64,000 bases of DNA from a bacterium (GCA_016781505.1 JADDQF010000064.1:3292-67291); one strand, 5' to 3'. Counted from the first letter of the stretch, positions 27,707-37,324 are shown. Made by a program: numbers and translations. The notes: generated by a model from the letters alone, not told the origin.

Positions 27707-29599
27707 CTATTGAGGTGCGCAGCCGGGGCGCGCCGCGAGCCAGGGTTGGAATTGCAGATTCACCCCGATCGCCACGCCGCGTCCCTGGGGATTCCGCTGG
27801 GCTTCAAGCGGACCTGATGGATCGCCCCACCAATTATTCGCAACGTTGAATGCCAGGGTTCCGGCTGCACCAAACCGTGCTTGGCCAACAAACGAGTTAG
27901 TGTCGATCGCCAGCTCAAAGCCGCCAAGATCCCGGCGCTGGGTGTTGAGCTGGAGCCCAATCGTGCCGCGTTCAAAGCTGTTGCAGCGGATGGTGCCCCG
28001 TAACGGCGCGGGGCTGTTGACGACGAGGCCGGGTCCGCCGTCGCCGACGATCTGGTTGCCCTCAAGCGCAAACACGCCCGGAGCATCCTCGCCGGCAAGC
28101 AGCAGCTGGGGCGCGCCCTGTGGGGTGGTGTTGCCACCAATGATATTGCCTGCAATGATGCTGCCATCCTGCTTGGGCAACACCACATGCACCGCGGGGC
28201 CAGGGATGGAATTGCCCGTGATCTGCGTGCCCCGCAGATCGATCACGCTGCCCAAGGAAACAATGCCGCCGCCGCTGTCGGTCAGGGTGGAATTGCGCAC
28301 AACTAAGGTGCCGCCACTGCTGCTGAGTGCCGTGCCATTGCGTCCGGCTTGGCTGAGCGCAACGCCGTCCAGCGCGACGGCGCTGCCCACCGTGCCGACC
28401 AGCCCATCCCAGCGGCCGTTTGGGCCAACCATCCGCACCGGTGTTGCCGCGTTCCCGCCTGCCCGTAGCGTTCCCGCGATGGTCAGACGTACGTCCGGTG
28501 CAAAGCGTACCTCCACGCCCGGATCGATCATCAGCACCGCGCCTTGCGCCACCAGCTGGTCTTCGCTCACCGTAATCGGACTGTTGGCGGCGGTCCAATG
28601 GATCGTCCCGCTGAGCACCTGGGCCGGACGTGGCGTTGGCGTCGGCGGTAACGGTGTTGCCGTTGGCGTGACCACTGTTGGCGCGGCAGGCGTCTCGTTC
28701 TGGGTCTCCGGCGTTGTCACCGGCGTCTGCTCTTGATCCGGATCAGCGGTTCCTGCGTCGTCCGAACCGGCCGTTCCTGCGTCGTCCGAACCGGCCGTTC
28801 CTGCGCCGTCCGAACCGGTTGTGCCTGCGTCGTCTGGCACGGGATAGCTTGCATCGTCTGCCGGTACCTCGCCCTGGGGTGGGCTGACCGGACTGACGGG
28901 ATTGTTAGGCTGTGGCGTTGCCGGCCGCGGAACTCTGACGGTTGGCACTGGTTGTTGCACGAGCGGCGCCGGATAGCCACCGCTCGCTGCCTGCGGTGGG
29001 GTAGGCGGAACGAGCTGATCGGGTGAAACGCCGCCGGCGCTGGTTGGCGGATTACCGACTGGCGGTGGCGCTAAGGGATCATTTTCGGTTGACGGCACTC
29101 CGCCGCTGGGCGGCTGTCCAACGCCTTGGGGTTGGCTGCCTTCAATCGGATAGCCTTCGTCCGGAGGCTGGGCTTCGGCTATGGTATCTGTTGCCGTGAT
29201 GCCGGCGGTATCGGTAATCCCATCCGTGGAACCGATCATCGCCGCCGGATCGGGCGTTGCCAGCGTCGGCACCACACTCGGCGACGGATACCCGGCGTCG
29301 GCGGTTCCAGTGGGGGTTGCGCCGGTGCTCGTGATCTCGGGAACCAGCGCAAGACTGGTCGCTGTGTCGTCGACCAGCACGATTTCACCCGGTGAATCGG
29401 GCCCTAGCGCGCTCAAGCCGAGCGTCACGGCCAAAATAAGCACCGCAATAATCGGTACCAATACTTCGCCGCGCAGCCCTACCCGCCGCACATGTGCTAC
29501 TTGCGCGCCAAGCGTGCGGATATCCCGCAGCCGCTTGGTACGCTCACGAAGCTCGTCGATGCGCACGCGCGCCGGATCAAATCGTTGTCGCCAGCCCAT
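27707..29599 (-). CDS. Membrane-anchored Pro/Thr-rich protein with C-terminal right-handed beta-helix
   Basis: One TM, long low-complexity stalk, WTAANSPITV..LMIDPGVEVRF..GTLRA, NNWWGDPSGP, FQPWL. Confidence 0.7.
   Translation of the reverse strand: MGWRQRFDPARVRIDELRERTKRLRDIRTLGAQVAHVRRVGLRGEVLVPIIAVLILAVTLGLSALGPDSPGEIVLVDDTATSLALVPEITSTGATPTGTADAGYPSPSVVPTLATPDPAAMIGSTDGITDTAGITATDTIAEAQPPDEGYPIEGSQPQGVGQPPSGGVPSTENDPLAPPPVGNPPTSAGGVSPDQLVPPTPPQAASGGYPAPLVQQPVPTVRVPRPATPQPNNPVSPVSPPQGEVPADDASYPVPDDAGTTGSDGAGTAGSDDAGTAGSDDAGTADPDQEQTPVTTPETQNETPAAPTVVTPTATPLPPTPTPRPAQVLSGTIHWTAANSPITVSEDQLVAQGAVLMIDPGVEVRFAPDVRLTIAGTLRAGGNAATPVRMVGPNGRWDGLVGTVGSAVALDGVALSQAGRNGTALSSSGGTLVVRNSTLTDSGGGIVSLGSVIDLRGTQITGNSIPGPAVHVVLPKQDGSIIAGNIIGGNTTPQGAPQLLLAGEDAPGVFALEGNQIVGDGGPGLVVNSPAPLRGTIRCNSFERGTIGLQLNTQRRDLGGFELAIDTNSFVGQARFGAAGTLAFNVANNWWGDPSGPLEAQRNPQGRGVAIGVNLQFQPWLAARPGCAPQ
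28749..28834. repeat. 24-bp coding tandem repeat, about 3.5 copies
   Basis: GTTCCTGCGTCGTCCGAACCGGCC-type units start at 28749, 28773, 28797 and 28821 (partial). They encode GTAGSDDA. Confidence 0.85.
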
Positions 29600-29919
29600 A
29601 TGGCGCTCATGCTACCATGCAAAGAAGGGCTTCGCAACGCCCTGCAGGTGATAAAACTGTGACAACTAACCGCCATGGTACCGTAAGTTGGAGCACCTTC
29701 CATGGGCTTGGTTTGCAAGGAACGGCCGGCATTGGCTAGCCGCTCCTTGCAACCTTGCTGCGCTCGTGGCTCGTCTGCCTGGGCGCGTGCGTGTGTTTTA
29801 GGCTAGGCCGAGCTTTGAAAAGGCCTAGCTCGTGCCCAGGAGCGCGTCGACACTGTTTTGCCCGCTGTGCTACAATCGCACCTCCGATCACCCTTCCGGA
29901 TCAGCTACAAGGAGGTAGC

Positions 29920-30912
29920 ATGAAGATTGAGCGCAACATTGGCTTCGAGCTCGTACGTACCACCGAGGCGGCCGCGCTGCGGGCAGGTCGGTGGATGGGC
30001 CGTGGCGATAAACATGGGGCCGACCAAGCGGCGGTCGATGCGATGCGCTACGCACTGGACAGCGTTGACATGGACGGTGTGGTCGTAATCGGCGAAGGCG
30101 AGAAGGACGAGGCGCCCATGCTCTATGTCGGCGAGCAGCTGGGCAACGGCTCGCCGCCGCACGTCGATATCGCCGTCGACCCGGTGGAAGGCACCACCTT
30201 GTTGGCGGAAGGCATGCCCGGCGCGATCGCGGTTGTGGCGATTGCCGAACGTGGCTCGCTCTTTGCTACGCCCGGCATCATGTATATGGAGAAGATCGCG
30301 GTCGGCGAGGCAGCAGCCGACGCGATCAACATCGGCGCATCCGTCGAGACGAACATTACCAATGTAGCCCGGGCGCTCAAAAAGGACGTGGACGATGTCA
30401 CCGTGGTGGTGCTGGACCGGCCGCGTCACAAGGATTTGATCCAGCAAATTCGGGATACCGGGGCTCGCATCAAAATGATCCTGCATGGCGACGTAGCCGC
30501 AGGGGTGATGACCACGGTTGAGCACGCGCCGGCCGATATCTTGATGGGCATTGGGGGTGCGCCCGAAGCCGTTGTCACTGCCTGCGCCTTGAAGTGCATG
30601 GGCGGCGCGATCCAGTGTCGGCTGTGGCCGCGTAACGAGCAAGAGCGCCGGCTGGTGGTCGAACAGCAGATCGACGTGACGCGCGTGTATGCCACCGGGG
30701 ATTTGTGCCAGGGCGAGGATGTGCATTTTGCGGCAACCGGCATCACCAGCGGAGAATTTTTGCGCGGCGTGCAGTATTTCGGCTGGGGCGCCACCACGCA
30801 TTCCATCGTGATGCGTTCCCGCAGTGGCACGTACCGCTTTATCGAAGCAAGTCACCGCTGGGATAAGCTGATGCGGATCTCGAACTTGCCCTTCGACCGC
30901 CGCGCCCCCTAG
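29920..30912 (+). CDS. glpX: Class II fructose-1,6-bisphosphatase
   Basis: ELVRTTEAAA, VVIGEGEKDEAPMLY, DIAVDPVEGT, YMEK, LDRPRH, FAATGIT. AAGGAGG RBS. Confidence 0.96.
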   Translation: MKIERNIGFELVRTTEAAALRAGRWMGRGDKHGADQAAVDAMRYALDSVDMDGVVVIGEGEKDEAPMLYVGEQLGNGSPPHVDIAVDPVEGTTLLAEGMPGAIAVVAIAERGSLFATPGIMYMEKIAVGEAAADAINIGASVETNITNVARALKKDVDDVTVVVLDRPRHKDLIQQIRDTGARIKMILHGDVAAGVMTTVEHAPADILMGIGGAPEAVVTACALKCMGGAIQCRLWPRNEQERRLVVEQQIDVTRVYATGDLCQGEDVHFAATGITSGEFLRGVQYFGWGATTHSIVMRSRSGTYRFIEASHRWDKLMRISNLPFDRRAP

Positions 30913-30948
30913 CGCCGATACTGCCGCCGCGCAGCCCCAAACTGGTGC

Positions 30949-30976
30949 TTGCAATGCAGCAGAAACCTGTTATACT
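30949..30976 (+). promoter_or_regulatory. Probable rho promoter giving a ~350-nt leader
   Basis: TTGCAA, N16, TATACT with a TG extension. Confidence 0.55.
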
Positions 30977-31330
30977 TCTTCTTGAGATTGTAGGGCAATT
31001 TGTGTGTTCCTCTGGAAACCCCAGCGGTGTTCGTGGTGCTAACCGCAAGGTATCCCCTGATTGTGTGGTGTGTTGCTGTTAAATACGTACACCAGAATAC
31101 AATGTGGTCGTCACCCAAGAGTTTGAAATAGTTGATCTTACCCCCGCTACTGAGCTAGTTTAGGACGTAACGCTCCGCCATCAACCGGATCGTTTCGGTT
31201 GCCTGCTGCACATAAGTGATTCCTGAGAGTTATTACGTAGTCCGATGTTGGGACGAGATGCAGTGCATGCGGAGCGGAAACCATTGCGCAAGCAGCGGGT
31301 GGGTTTGGTAATGTCTTTTTTCAGTCATCC

Positions 31331-32593
31331 ATGGAGGAAATGGAAGTGAATATTGCGGAACTTGAAGTAAGACCGCTGAGTGACTTACATGATATGGCGC
31401 GTGAGCTAGAAATTCCGAGCTATCTGCGCCTGCGCAAGCAAGATCTGATCATGAAGCTGATGCATGCGCAAACCGAGCAGCAAGGCAATACCTTTAGCTC
31501 CGGCATTCTGGATATCGTCTCCGATGGCTTTGGCTTTTTGCGCAGCGACCGGATGCTGCCGGGGCCGGACGATGTGTATGTGTCGCAATCCCAGATCCGG
31601 CGCTTCGGCCTGCGGACTGGAGACCGGGTCGCCGGCCAGGTACGACCACCCAAAGAAAATGAGCGCTACTTCAGCTTGCTGCGGGTTGAGCTGATCAACG
31701 GCATCGATCCCGAAACGGCGCGCAATCGGCCTCACTTCGACCAGCTCACGCCGATCTTTCCGAATGAGCAGCTGAAGCTCTCGACCGAGCCGCATGTGGT
31801 TGCTACCCGGCTGGTCGATCTGGTGTCGCCGATTGGGCGTGGGCAGCGCGGCTTGATCGTTTCGCCGCCCAAGGCCGGCAAGACATTGCTGATGAAGGCG
31901 ATCGCCAACGGCATCACCACCAATCATCCCGACGTCCATTTGATGGTGCTGCTGGTCGGGGAGCGGCCGGAAGAAGTCACCGACATGCGCCGCTCGGTCA
32001 AGGGTGAGGTGATCTCATCAACCTTTGACGAGTCGGTGGAAGACCAGACCAAAGTGACCGAAATGACCCTGGAGCGGGCCAAACGGCTCGTCGAGGGTGG
32101 TCAGGATGTCGTGATCTTGATGGACTCGATTACCCGTGTTGCCCGCGCCTACAACCTGGACATGCCGCCGTCCGGCCGTACGCTCTCCGGTGGTATCGAT
32201 CCGGTGGCGCTGTATCCGCCCAAGCGCTTCTTTGGCGCGGCCCGCAACATCGAGCATGGCGGCTCGCTGACGATCATCGCAACCTGTCTCGTGGAAACCG
32301 GCAGCCGCATGGACGACGTGATCTATGAAGAGTTCAAGGGCACGGGTAACTCGGAGCTGATGCTTGAGCGGCGGCTGGCCGAGAAGCGCATCTATCCAGC
32401 CATCGACATCACCCGCTCCAGCACCCGCCGTGAAGAGCTGTTGCTCGGGGCCGAGCTGATGCGCCAGGTATGGACGATGCGGCGAATGGTCAGCATGCTC
32501 AACGATAACGAAGGGACCGAGCTGGTGCTGACCCGTTTGGCCAAGACGCGCTCCAACGACGAGTTCCTGGCAACGCTCGGTCGCAACATGTAA
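31331..32593 (+). CDS. rho: Transcription termination factor Rho
   Basis: GFGFLR, DVYVSQSQIRRFGLRTGD, PIGRGQRGLIVSPPKAGKT, DSITR, EEFKGTGN. Confidence 0.98.
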   Translation: MEEMEVNIAELEVRPLSDLHDMARELEIPSYLRLRKQDLIMKLMHAQTEQQGNTFSSGILDIVSDGFGFLRSDRMLPGPDDVYVSQSQIRRFGLRTGDRVAGQVRPPKENERYFSLLRVELINGIDPETARNRPHFDQLTPIFPNEQLKLSTEPHVVATRLVDLVSPIGRGQRGLIVSPPKAGKTLLMKAIANGITTNHPDVHLMVLLVGERPEEVTDMRRSVKGEVISSTFDESVEDQTKVTEMTLERAKRLVEGGQDVVILMDSITRVARAYNLDMPPSGRTLSGGIDPVALYPPKRFFGAARNIEHGGSLTIIATCLVETGSRMDDVIYEEFKGTGNSELMLERRLAEKRIYPAIDITRSSTRREELLLGAELMRQVWTMRRMVSMLNDNEGTELVLTRLAKTRSNDEFLATLGRNM

Positions 32594-32623
32594 GGTCGGA
32601 TTGAGTCTGAACCGGTAAAACAG

Positions 32624-32658
32624 CGGCGCAGGGAAGTTTTCCGTACTTCCCTGCGCCG
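32624..32658. terminator. Bidirectional intrinsic terminator
   Basis: Perfect 14-bp stem CGGCGCAGGGAAGT/ACTTCCCTGCGCCG, flanked by A- and T-runs, between convergent genes. Confidence 0.8.
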
Positions 32659-32685
32659 TTTGCATTTAAGCCAGCTCTGGCGGCT

Positions 32686-33747
32686 TTATTCCACCTCAAC
32701 CTCTTCGCCGACCAAGCCTTCCAGCGCCTGGGTTAGGGAACGCAGCTGCTTCAACAACAGCCGCAGCTTGAACGACGCGCCCTCATCTTTCTGCACCCAC
32801 TTCTGCAGGTCGCCCTCGTGGTAGGCGCGCGCCAACCGATCCGCCTCGTCGACCATCTGGTCAAGCGAACGAATGCGAAAAACGCGCGCCTTGTTCTTGG
32901 ATGGGTTGTCGTCCTCGCTCCCAAAGGCGGCAAATTGGTCTACAGGGCTTCCGTCATCGGACGCTTCGGGCTCGTCCGCCCAAAAATCGTCGTCTGGCCC
33001 TTCAGCAGTTGCCGCAGCGCCGCCTTTTGCCAGCGGTCCGCCGCTTTCGGCGGGAGTGGATGCGTTGGTGCGCAGCTCCATGTTGTTGGCCAGCGCCTGC
33101 ATCGCGGCGTCGACGGTGAGGTTCGGGTTGGCCGCGAAGTAGTTGGCCAAGCTGCTGACTTCGCCCGCCGACAAGCCTTCGTCCACGATCATCTGCGCCA
33201 GCTCGATCTGCGTTTTGGGGTTCGCGATCCGCCGCAGATGCTGCGCCTGCGTCACGCTCAGCTCGCCGTCGCGCAAAAACTGCTGAATTTCAAGCGGCAG
33301 ATCCAGCAGCCCGAGGTAGCGCCGCACCGTCCGCGGCGCCATGCCCACCGCTTTGCCGACCCGCTCGTCCAGCTCGCCCTCAGCAATCGGGCCGGCGGCA
33401 TCGGCCACAAAGCGGTCGCGCAGGCGCTTGAATGAGCGTGCCTTTTCAAGGTCGTTCAAGTCTTGGCGCTGCACATTCTCGATCAGTTGCTGCAGCAGCA
33501 GATCGGTGTCGCCGCGGTCCAGCACAATACAGGGCACCCGATCCAGGCCAAGCTGCAGCGCCGCCCGCTGCCGTCGCCCGCCGTACACGACCTGGTACCG
33601 CTCGCGGCCCAGCGCGATCACGCCCAGTGGTTGGAGCAGACCTTGCTCGCGGATTGTTTCAGCCAAACCATCAATATCGCCGGCATCTTCCCGCACGCCC
33701 TCGGGATCGAGCTCAAGCTGTTGCGGATCGAGATACAGCAGTTGCAT
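32686..33747 (-). CDS. ParB/Spo0J-family protein (orphan)
   Basis: LAETIREQGLLQPL, YQVVYGGRRQRAA, LIENVQRQDLN, HTH then LLDLP. Acidic C-terminal region. TGCTATACT upstream. Confidence 0.85.
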   Translation of the reverse strand: MQLLYLDPQQLELDPEGVREDAGDIDGLAETIREQGLLQPLGVIALGRERYQVVYGGRRQRAALQLGLDRVPCIVLDRGDTDLLLQQLIENVQRQDLNDLEKARSFKRLRDRFVADAAGPIAEGELDERVGKAVGMAPRTVRRYLGLLDLPLEIQQFLRDGELSVTQAQHLRRIANPKTQIELAQMIVDEGLSAGEVSSLANYFAANPNLTVDAAMQALANNMELRTNASTPAESGGPLAKGGAAATAEGPDDDFWADEPEASDDGSPVDQFAAFGSEDDNPSKNKARVFRIRSLDQMVDEADRLARAYHEGDLQKWVQKDEGASFKLRLLLKQLRSLTQALEGLVGEEVEVE

Positions 33748-33842
33748 ATGGTCGTCCTTGTTTTCGATACAAATGTGCGGAAAAGTATAGCATATCGTCG
33801 GTCCAGGCCTGCGCCCGCCGCTGCGCCAATCCTGTTGGCTAC

Positions 33843-33858
33843 TGGCACATCTGTTGCA
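33843..33858 (+). promoter_or_regulatory. Sigma-54 (-24/-12) promoter
   Basis: TGGCAC-ATCTG-TTGCA matches TGGCAC-N5-TTGCW and ends about 40 nt before ATG 33898. Confidence 0.75.
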
Positions 33859-33897
33859 GCGCAAAGGTTAGTGGACGTAACATAGGAGGTCTTTTTC

Positions 33898-34263
33898 ATG
33901 CAGCACGATGACACAGGGAGCGGTAAGCAGGCATCCTACAGCGAGCAAGCCGCGCGCACCAATGCCGACACCAATGCTCAATCCCCTCAGCCGCATGGCT
34001 CGCAGCTCGACTCGGGCTTTACCACCAACGTTAATTTTGAAAATCCGGGTGCGCCGGGCGGCGCCGGTATGTTGCCGTCGGCCGGCGATGTTGGCGCATT
34101 AGATCCCGGCGGTGGCGGCGATATTGGCGGCGAGGATTTGGCGCATCTGCGCGGCGAGACGACCGACTTCCCGGCTACTCAACAAGCGCGACACGAGGGC
34201 GCGACGCCCGCCAAAGCGGATAGCGAAGATTCCGTCGGCGGTGGCAGCTCGACCACCTGGTAA
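33898..34263 (+). CDS. Small acidic Gly-rich, probably disordered hypothetical protein
   Basis: Strong AGGAGG RBS and a dedicated promoter. Hydrophilic composition. Confidence 0.7.
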   Translation: MQHDDTGSGKQASYSEQAARTNADTNAQSPQPHGSQLDSGFTTNVNFENPGAPGGAGMLPSAGDVGALDPGGGGDIGGEDLAHLRGETTDFPATQQARHEGATPAKADSEDSVGGGSSTTW

Positions 34264-34414
34264 TGAGCGGGCGCATGTCTGACGGTGATCGCAAGCGGTG
34301 CGGAGGTGTTTGCCCATCGCTTTTCGTTGCGACCGCACGGAGATTGATTGCGGTACATGGAAACGGGCGCCGTCCATAACACGGAGCGCGCCCGTCTTCG
34401 TGTGTGCGGTAGTT

Positions 34415-35197
34415 TTATGCGCCGCCCGGGACCATGGCCATGATGTTGGCTCCCGCATCCACATACACGATCTCGCCGGTGACGCCGCTGGCCAGGTCGG
34501 AGCAGAGCCAGATCGCCGTGTTGCCCACATCTTCGATGGTAACTTTGCGGCGAAGCGGCGCCGTTTCCTGCTGCGCCTTGATCATGTCGCGAATGCCGGA
34601 GACCGCGCTGGCCGCCAGCGTCCGGATCGGCCCCGCGCTGATCGCATTGACCCGAATGCCGCGCGGTCCCAGGTCGGCCGCGAGGTAGCGCACGGACGCT
34701 TCCAGCGCCGCTTTGGCAACGCCCTGGACGTTGTAGTTGGGAACGACCTGCTGCGAGCCGTGGTAGGTCATGGTCAGGATCGAGGCGGTGGGACTCAGGA
34801 AGGGATCGGCAGCCTTGATCAACGCCGTCAGCGAGTAGGCGCTGATGTCGAGCGCCAGCCGAAAGCCTTCCCGGCTGGTGTTAAGGTAGGAGCCGCGCAG
34901 CTCGTCGGTTTTGGCGAAGGCGGCCGAATGCACCAGCATGTCGATCTGGCCAAAAGCGCTGCCCACCTGCTGCAACGCCTCCGCGATTTGCTCGTCGCTG
35001 CCCAGATCGCACGGCACGATCAGCTGTGAGCCCAAACTCTCGGCCAGTGGTCGTACCCGGCGTTCCAGCTGCTCGCCCAGATAGGTAAAGGCGAGGTTGG
35101 CGCCTTCGCGATGGAGCGCCTGCGCAATGCCCCATGCAATTGAATGGTCGTTAGCCACGCCCACGATCAGTCCCTTTTTTCCATCGAGCAGTCCCAT
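34415..35197 (-). CDS. fabI: Enoyl-ACP reductase
   Basis: GVANDHSIAWGIA, ISAYSL, YNVQGVAKAALE, VNAISAGPIRTLA. Confidence 0.95.
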   Translation of the reverse strand: MGLLDGKKGLIVGVANDHSIAWGIAQALHREGANLAFTYLGEQLERRVRPLAESLGSQLIVPCDLGSDEQIAEALQQVGSAFGQIDMLVHSAAFAKTDELRGSYLNTSREGFRLALDISAYSLTALIKAADPFLSPTASILTMTYHGSQQVVPNYNVQGVAKAALEASVRYLAADLGPRGIRVNAISAGPIRTLAASAVSGIRDMIKAQQETAPLRRKVTIEDVGNTAIWLCSDLASGVTGEIVYVDAGANIMAMVPGGA

Positions 35198-35290
35198 GGT
35201 GGGCTCCTTTGTTGCACATGTTAGCGCCGCTATCATAGCCGACAGGGCATGATCCAACAAGCGAATGTACGCTGCCGGTTCGCGCCAACA

Positions 35291-35764
35291 TTAAGCGCCG
35301 TTGGACCACTCATTGTCGGGCTGTCGCAGGAGCTGCCGCCACAGGTAGCCGTCGAAGCCGAGCAGAAAAACGCCCTGAATGGCAATCCCGAGCCCTGTTC
35401 CGCGCCGGCTCGCTCGCTTGCCGGCCGTTTGTGCCAACCACAGGCCGCCAAGGACATACAGCACATCCAGGCCGGTGTTGACGGCGATGATCGTCCGAAA
35501 GCGTTTGACCTCCTCGGCAATCGGTCGCCGCTTGGCTGCCTCGGCTTCGCTCTCGTTCTGACGTGACCGTGCGCTGCGTCGGCCGTTCCAGGCTAGCACG
35601 GCATCAATCGCGCCCCATGCCACGGCCTGAATTCCGATCTGTCGCACCGTTGGCTGTGCATCGGTTGCCAGCCCGGCCCCAACAACGACGCTGCCGACGC
35701 CCCAGCCTAGCAGCCAGCCAAGCATGCGGTGTTGCCAGGGGAAGAATGTATCAGATCTAACCAT
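35291..35764 (-). CDS. Four-TM hypothetical membrane protein
   Basis: AGGAG RBS. WGAIDAVLA, VNTGLDVLY and IQGVFLLGFD motifs. Confidence 0.7.
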   Translation of the reverse strand: MVRSDTFFPWQHRMLGWLLGWGVGSVVVGAGLATDAQPTVRQIGIQAVAWGAIDAVLAWNGRRSARSRQNESEAEAAKRRPIAEEVKRFRTIIAVNTGLDVLYVLGGLWLAQTAGKRASRRGTGLGIAIQGVFLLGFDGYLWRQLLRQPDNEWSNGA

Positions 35765-36147
35765 GTGTTGCTCCTGGGTCATCCTTATCATACCTAGAAC
35801 CGCTCAATTCTTTGTCGCAAGATAGACGTACCTGGTATCCTCCTTGCCGGGCTTACAAGACTATCTAAATGACCATAATCCGGCTTGTCGGGCGAGCTGC
35901 TTAGTGATACACTTCACGTCCTGTCCTGCCGCTGGAGCTATAATTCACGTCTGCTTAATTAATCCTTAGCCGCTTTCAACCACAATGCCTTTGCAGTTGA
36001 GTCCCGTTGAGTGTTAAGTATGCAATGGTCTCGGTTGTGTCCGCAGGACGTCCCGTTTGTCCCGGACAACTACAATGGTATCCTCGCGTTCTGTGGTGTT
36101 GTCGGTCGCAAATAGTCGCACCGCTGTATTCTATGAAAGGTTCAACG

Positions 36148-36834
36148 ATGTTGCCAGTGTTGCGTGTCATGTTCCTGCTCGGCCTTTTCGTCGCGTTACT
36201 GCCTGCGTCCACGGCGGCTCGCGCCGCGAAGCGCTGTTTTCCCGAGACAAAACAATGTATTGATGGGCGCTTCGAAGAGTTTTGGACCCAGAACGGCGGC
36301 CTGCCTGTCTTTGGCTTTGCCATTACGGCTCAAGCAAACGAGACCAATCGTGACACTGGCAAGAAAATCCCGACCCAGTGGATGGAGCGTAACCGCTTCG
36401 AATCCCATCCCGAAAACAAGGCGCCCTACGACGTGCTCCTCGGCCGTCTAGGCGATGACCGCCTCCGTCAACTTGGCCGCGATTGGCAGAAGGAGCCGCG
36501 CGAGTCTGGGCAGAAGGCTGGCTGCTTGTGGTTCGAGCAGACCGGCCACAACGTCTGCAATCAATCCGGATCCATTGGCTTTCGTACCTACTGGGAGACG
36601 CATGGTCTGGAGTTCGACGGTCAGCCGGGTACGTCATACGCTGAGAGCCTGGCACTTTTTGGCCTCCCGCTGACCGAGCCTAAGGTGGAGCTGAACACGA
36701 GCCGAGACCGTGTAGTGACCCAGTGGTTCGAGCGCGCGCGCTTCGAGTACCATCCCAACAAGCCAGCCGAGTTCAAGGTATTGCTGGGGTTGCTCGGCAA
36801 CGAGGTGCGCTTCAAGTGGGCTGCGCCGCGCTAA
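36148..36834 (+). CDS. Secreted protein made of two copies of an uncharacterised repeat domain
   Basis: Signal peptide. Two units of F.ET/QT...F..W...G....FG..QW.ER.RFE.HP....VLLG.LG. Confidence 0.75.
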   Translation: MLPVLRVMFLLGLFVALLPASTAARAAKRCFPETKQCIDGRFEEFWTQNGGLPVFGFAITAQANETNRDTGKKIPTQWMERNRFESHPENKAPYDVLLGRLGDDRLRQLGRDWQKEPRESGQKAGCLWFEQTGHNVCNQSGSIGFRTYWETHGLEFDGQPGTSYAESLALFGLPLTEPKVELNTSRDRVVTQWFERARFEYHPNKPAEFKVLLGLLGNEVRFKWAAPR

Positions 36835-37324
36835 GTTGGCCCACTCTCTGTTTGAAATGCGCGGTGTTGGTCTACATCTATCCAAAGCAGCACCGCGTCG
36901 CCACAATTAGTTACACGTCGTAGCGGAGTATTGACCCTATACTCCTTGATTGATGGTCTTTCGATTGCTACAATACGCAAGATTCATCGTGGAGAGAAAT
37001 GTTCGTTGTAGGGCTTTTGTCTTCAGCCCCTGCTGCTCAGATTAGTCGTCATTCATCATAATTCGCCAGTTTACCTTTGCCACAGCGGGCAAATACAGTA
37101 CTGTTGTTCCCTGATCAATGGCCGTTATGCTCCCGCATGACGCGACAATGAGTTGACTTAGCTGTTTCACAGCTGCTGTCATGTTGTTCAGCGAACATCA
37201 CACGGCATGAGATCGTCGGTATGCATGATAGCCATAAAGTCCAAAATGGATTCAAACCCATACCTTGCAGGGACCATCAGCGTTTATACGCTTGAATGCT
37301 CGCTTCGACGCCTATAGGAATCAT

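Noticed and set aside
28749..28834. 24-bp repeat as a possible CRISPR array
   Set aside because: No spacers, in-frame within a CDS, and no cas genes.
33765..33779. GCAC-ATTT-GTAT, LexA-like site in the ParB leader
   Set aside because: Mismatches in both half-sites; too weak without a scoring matrix.
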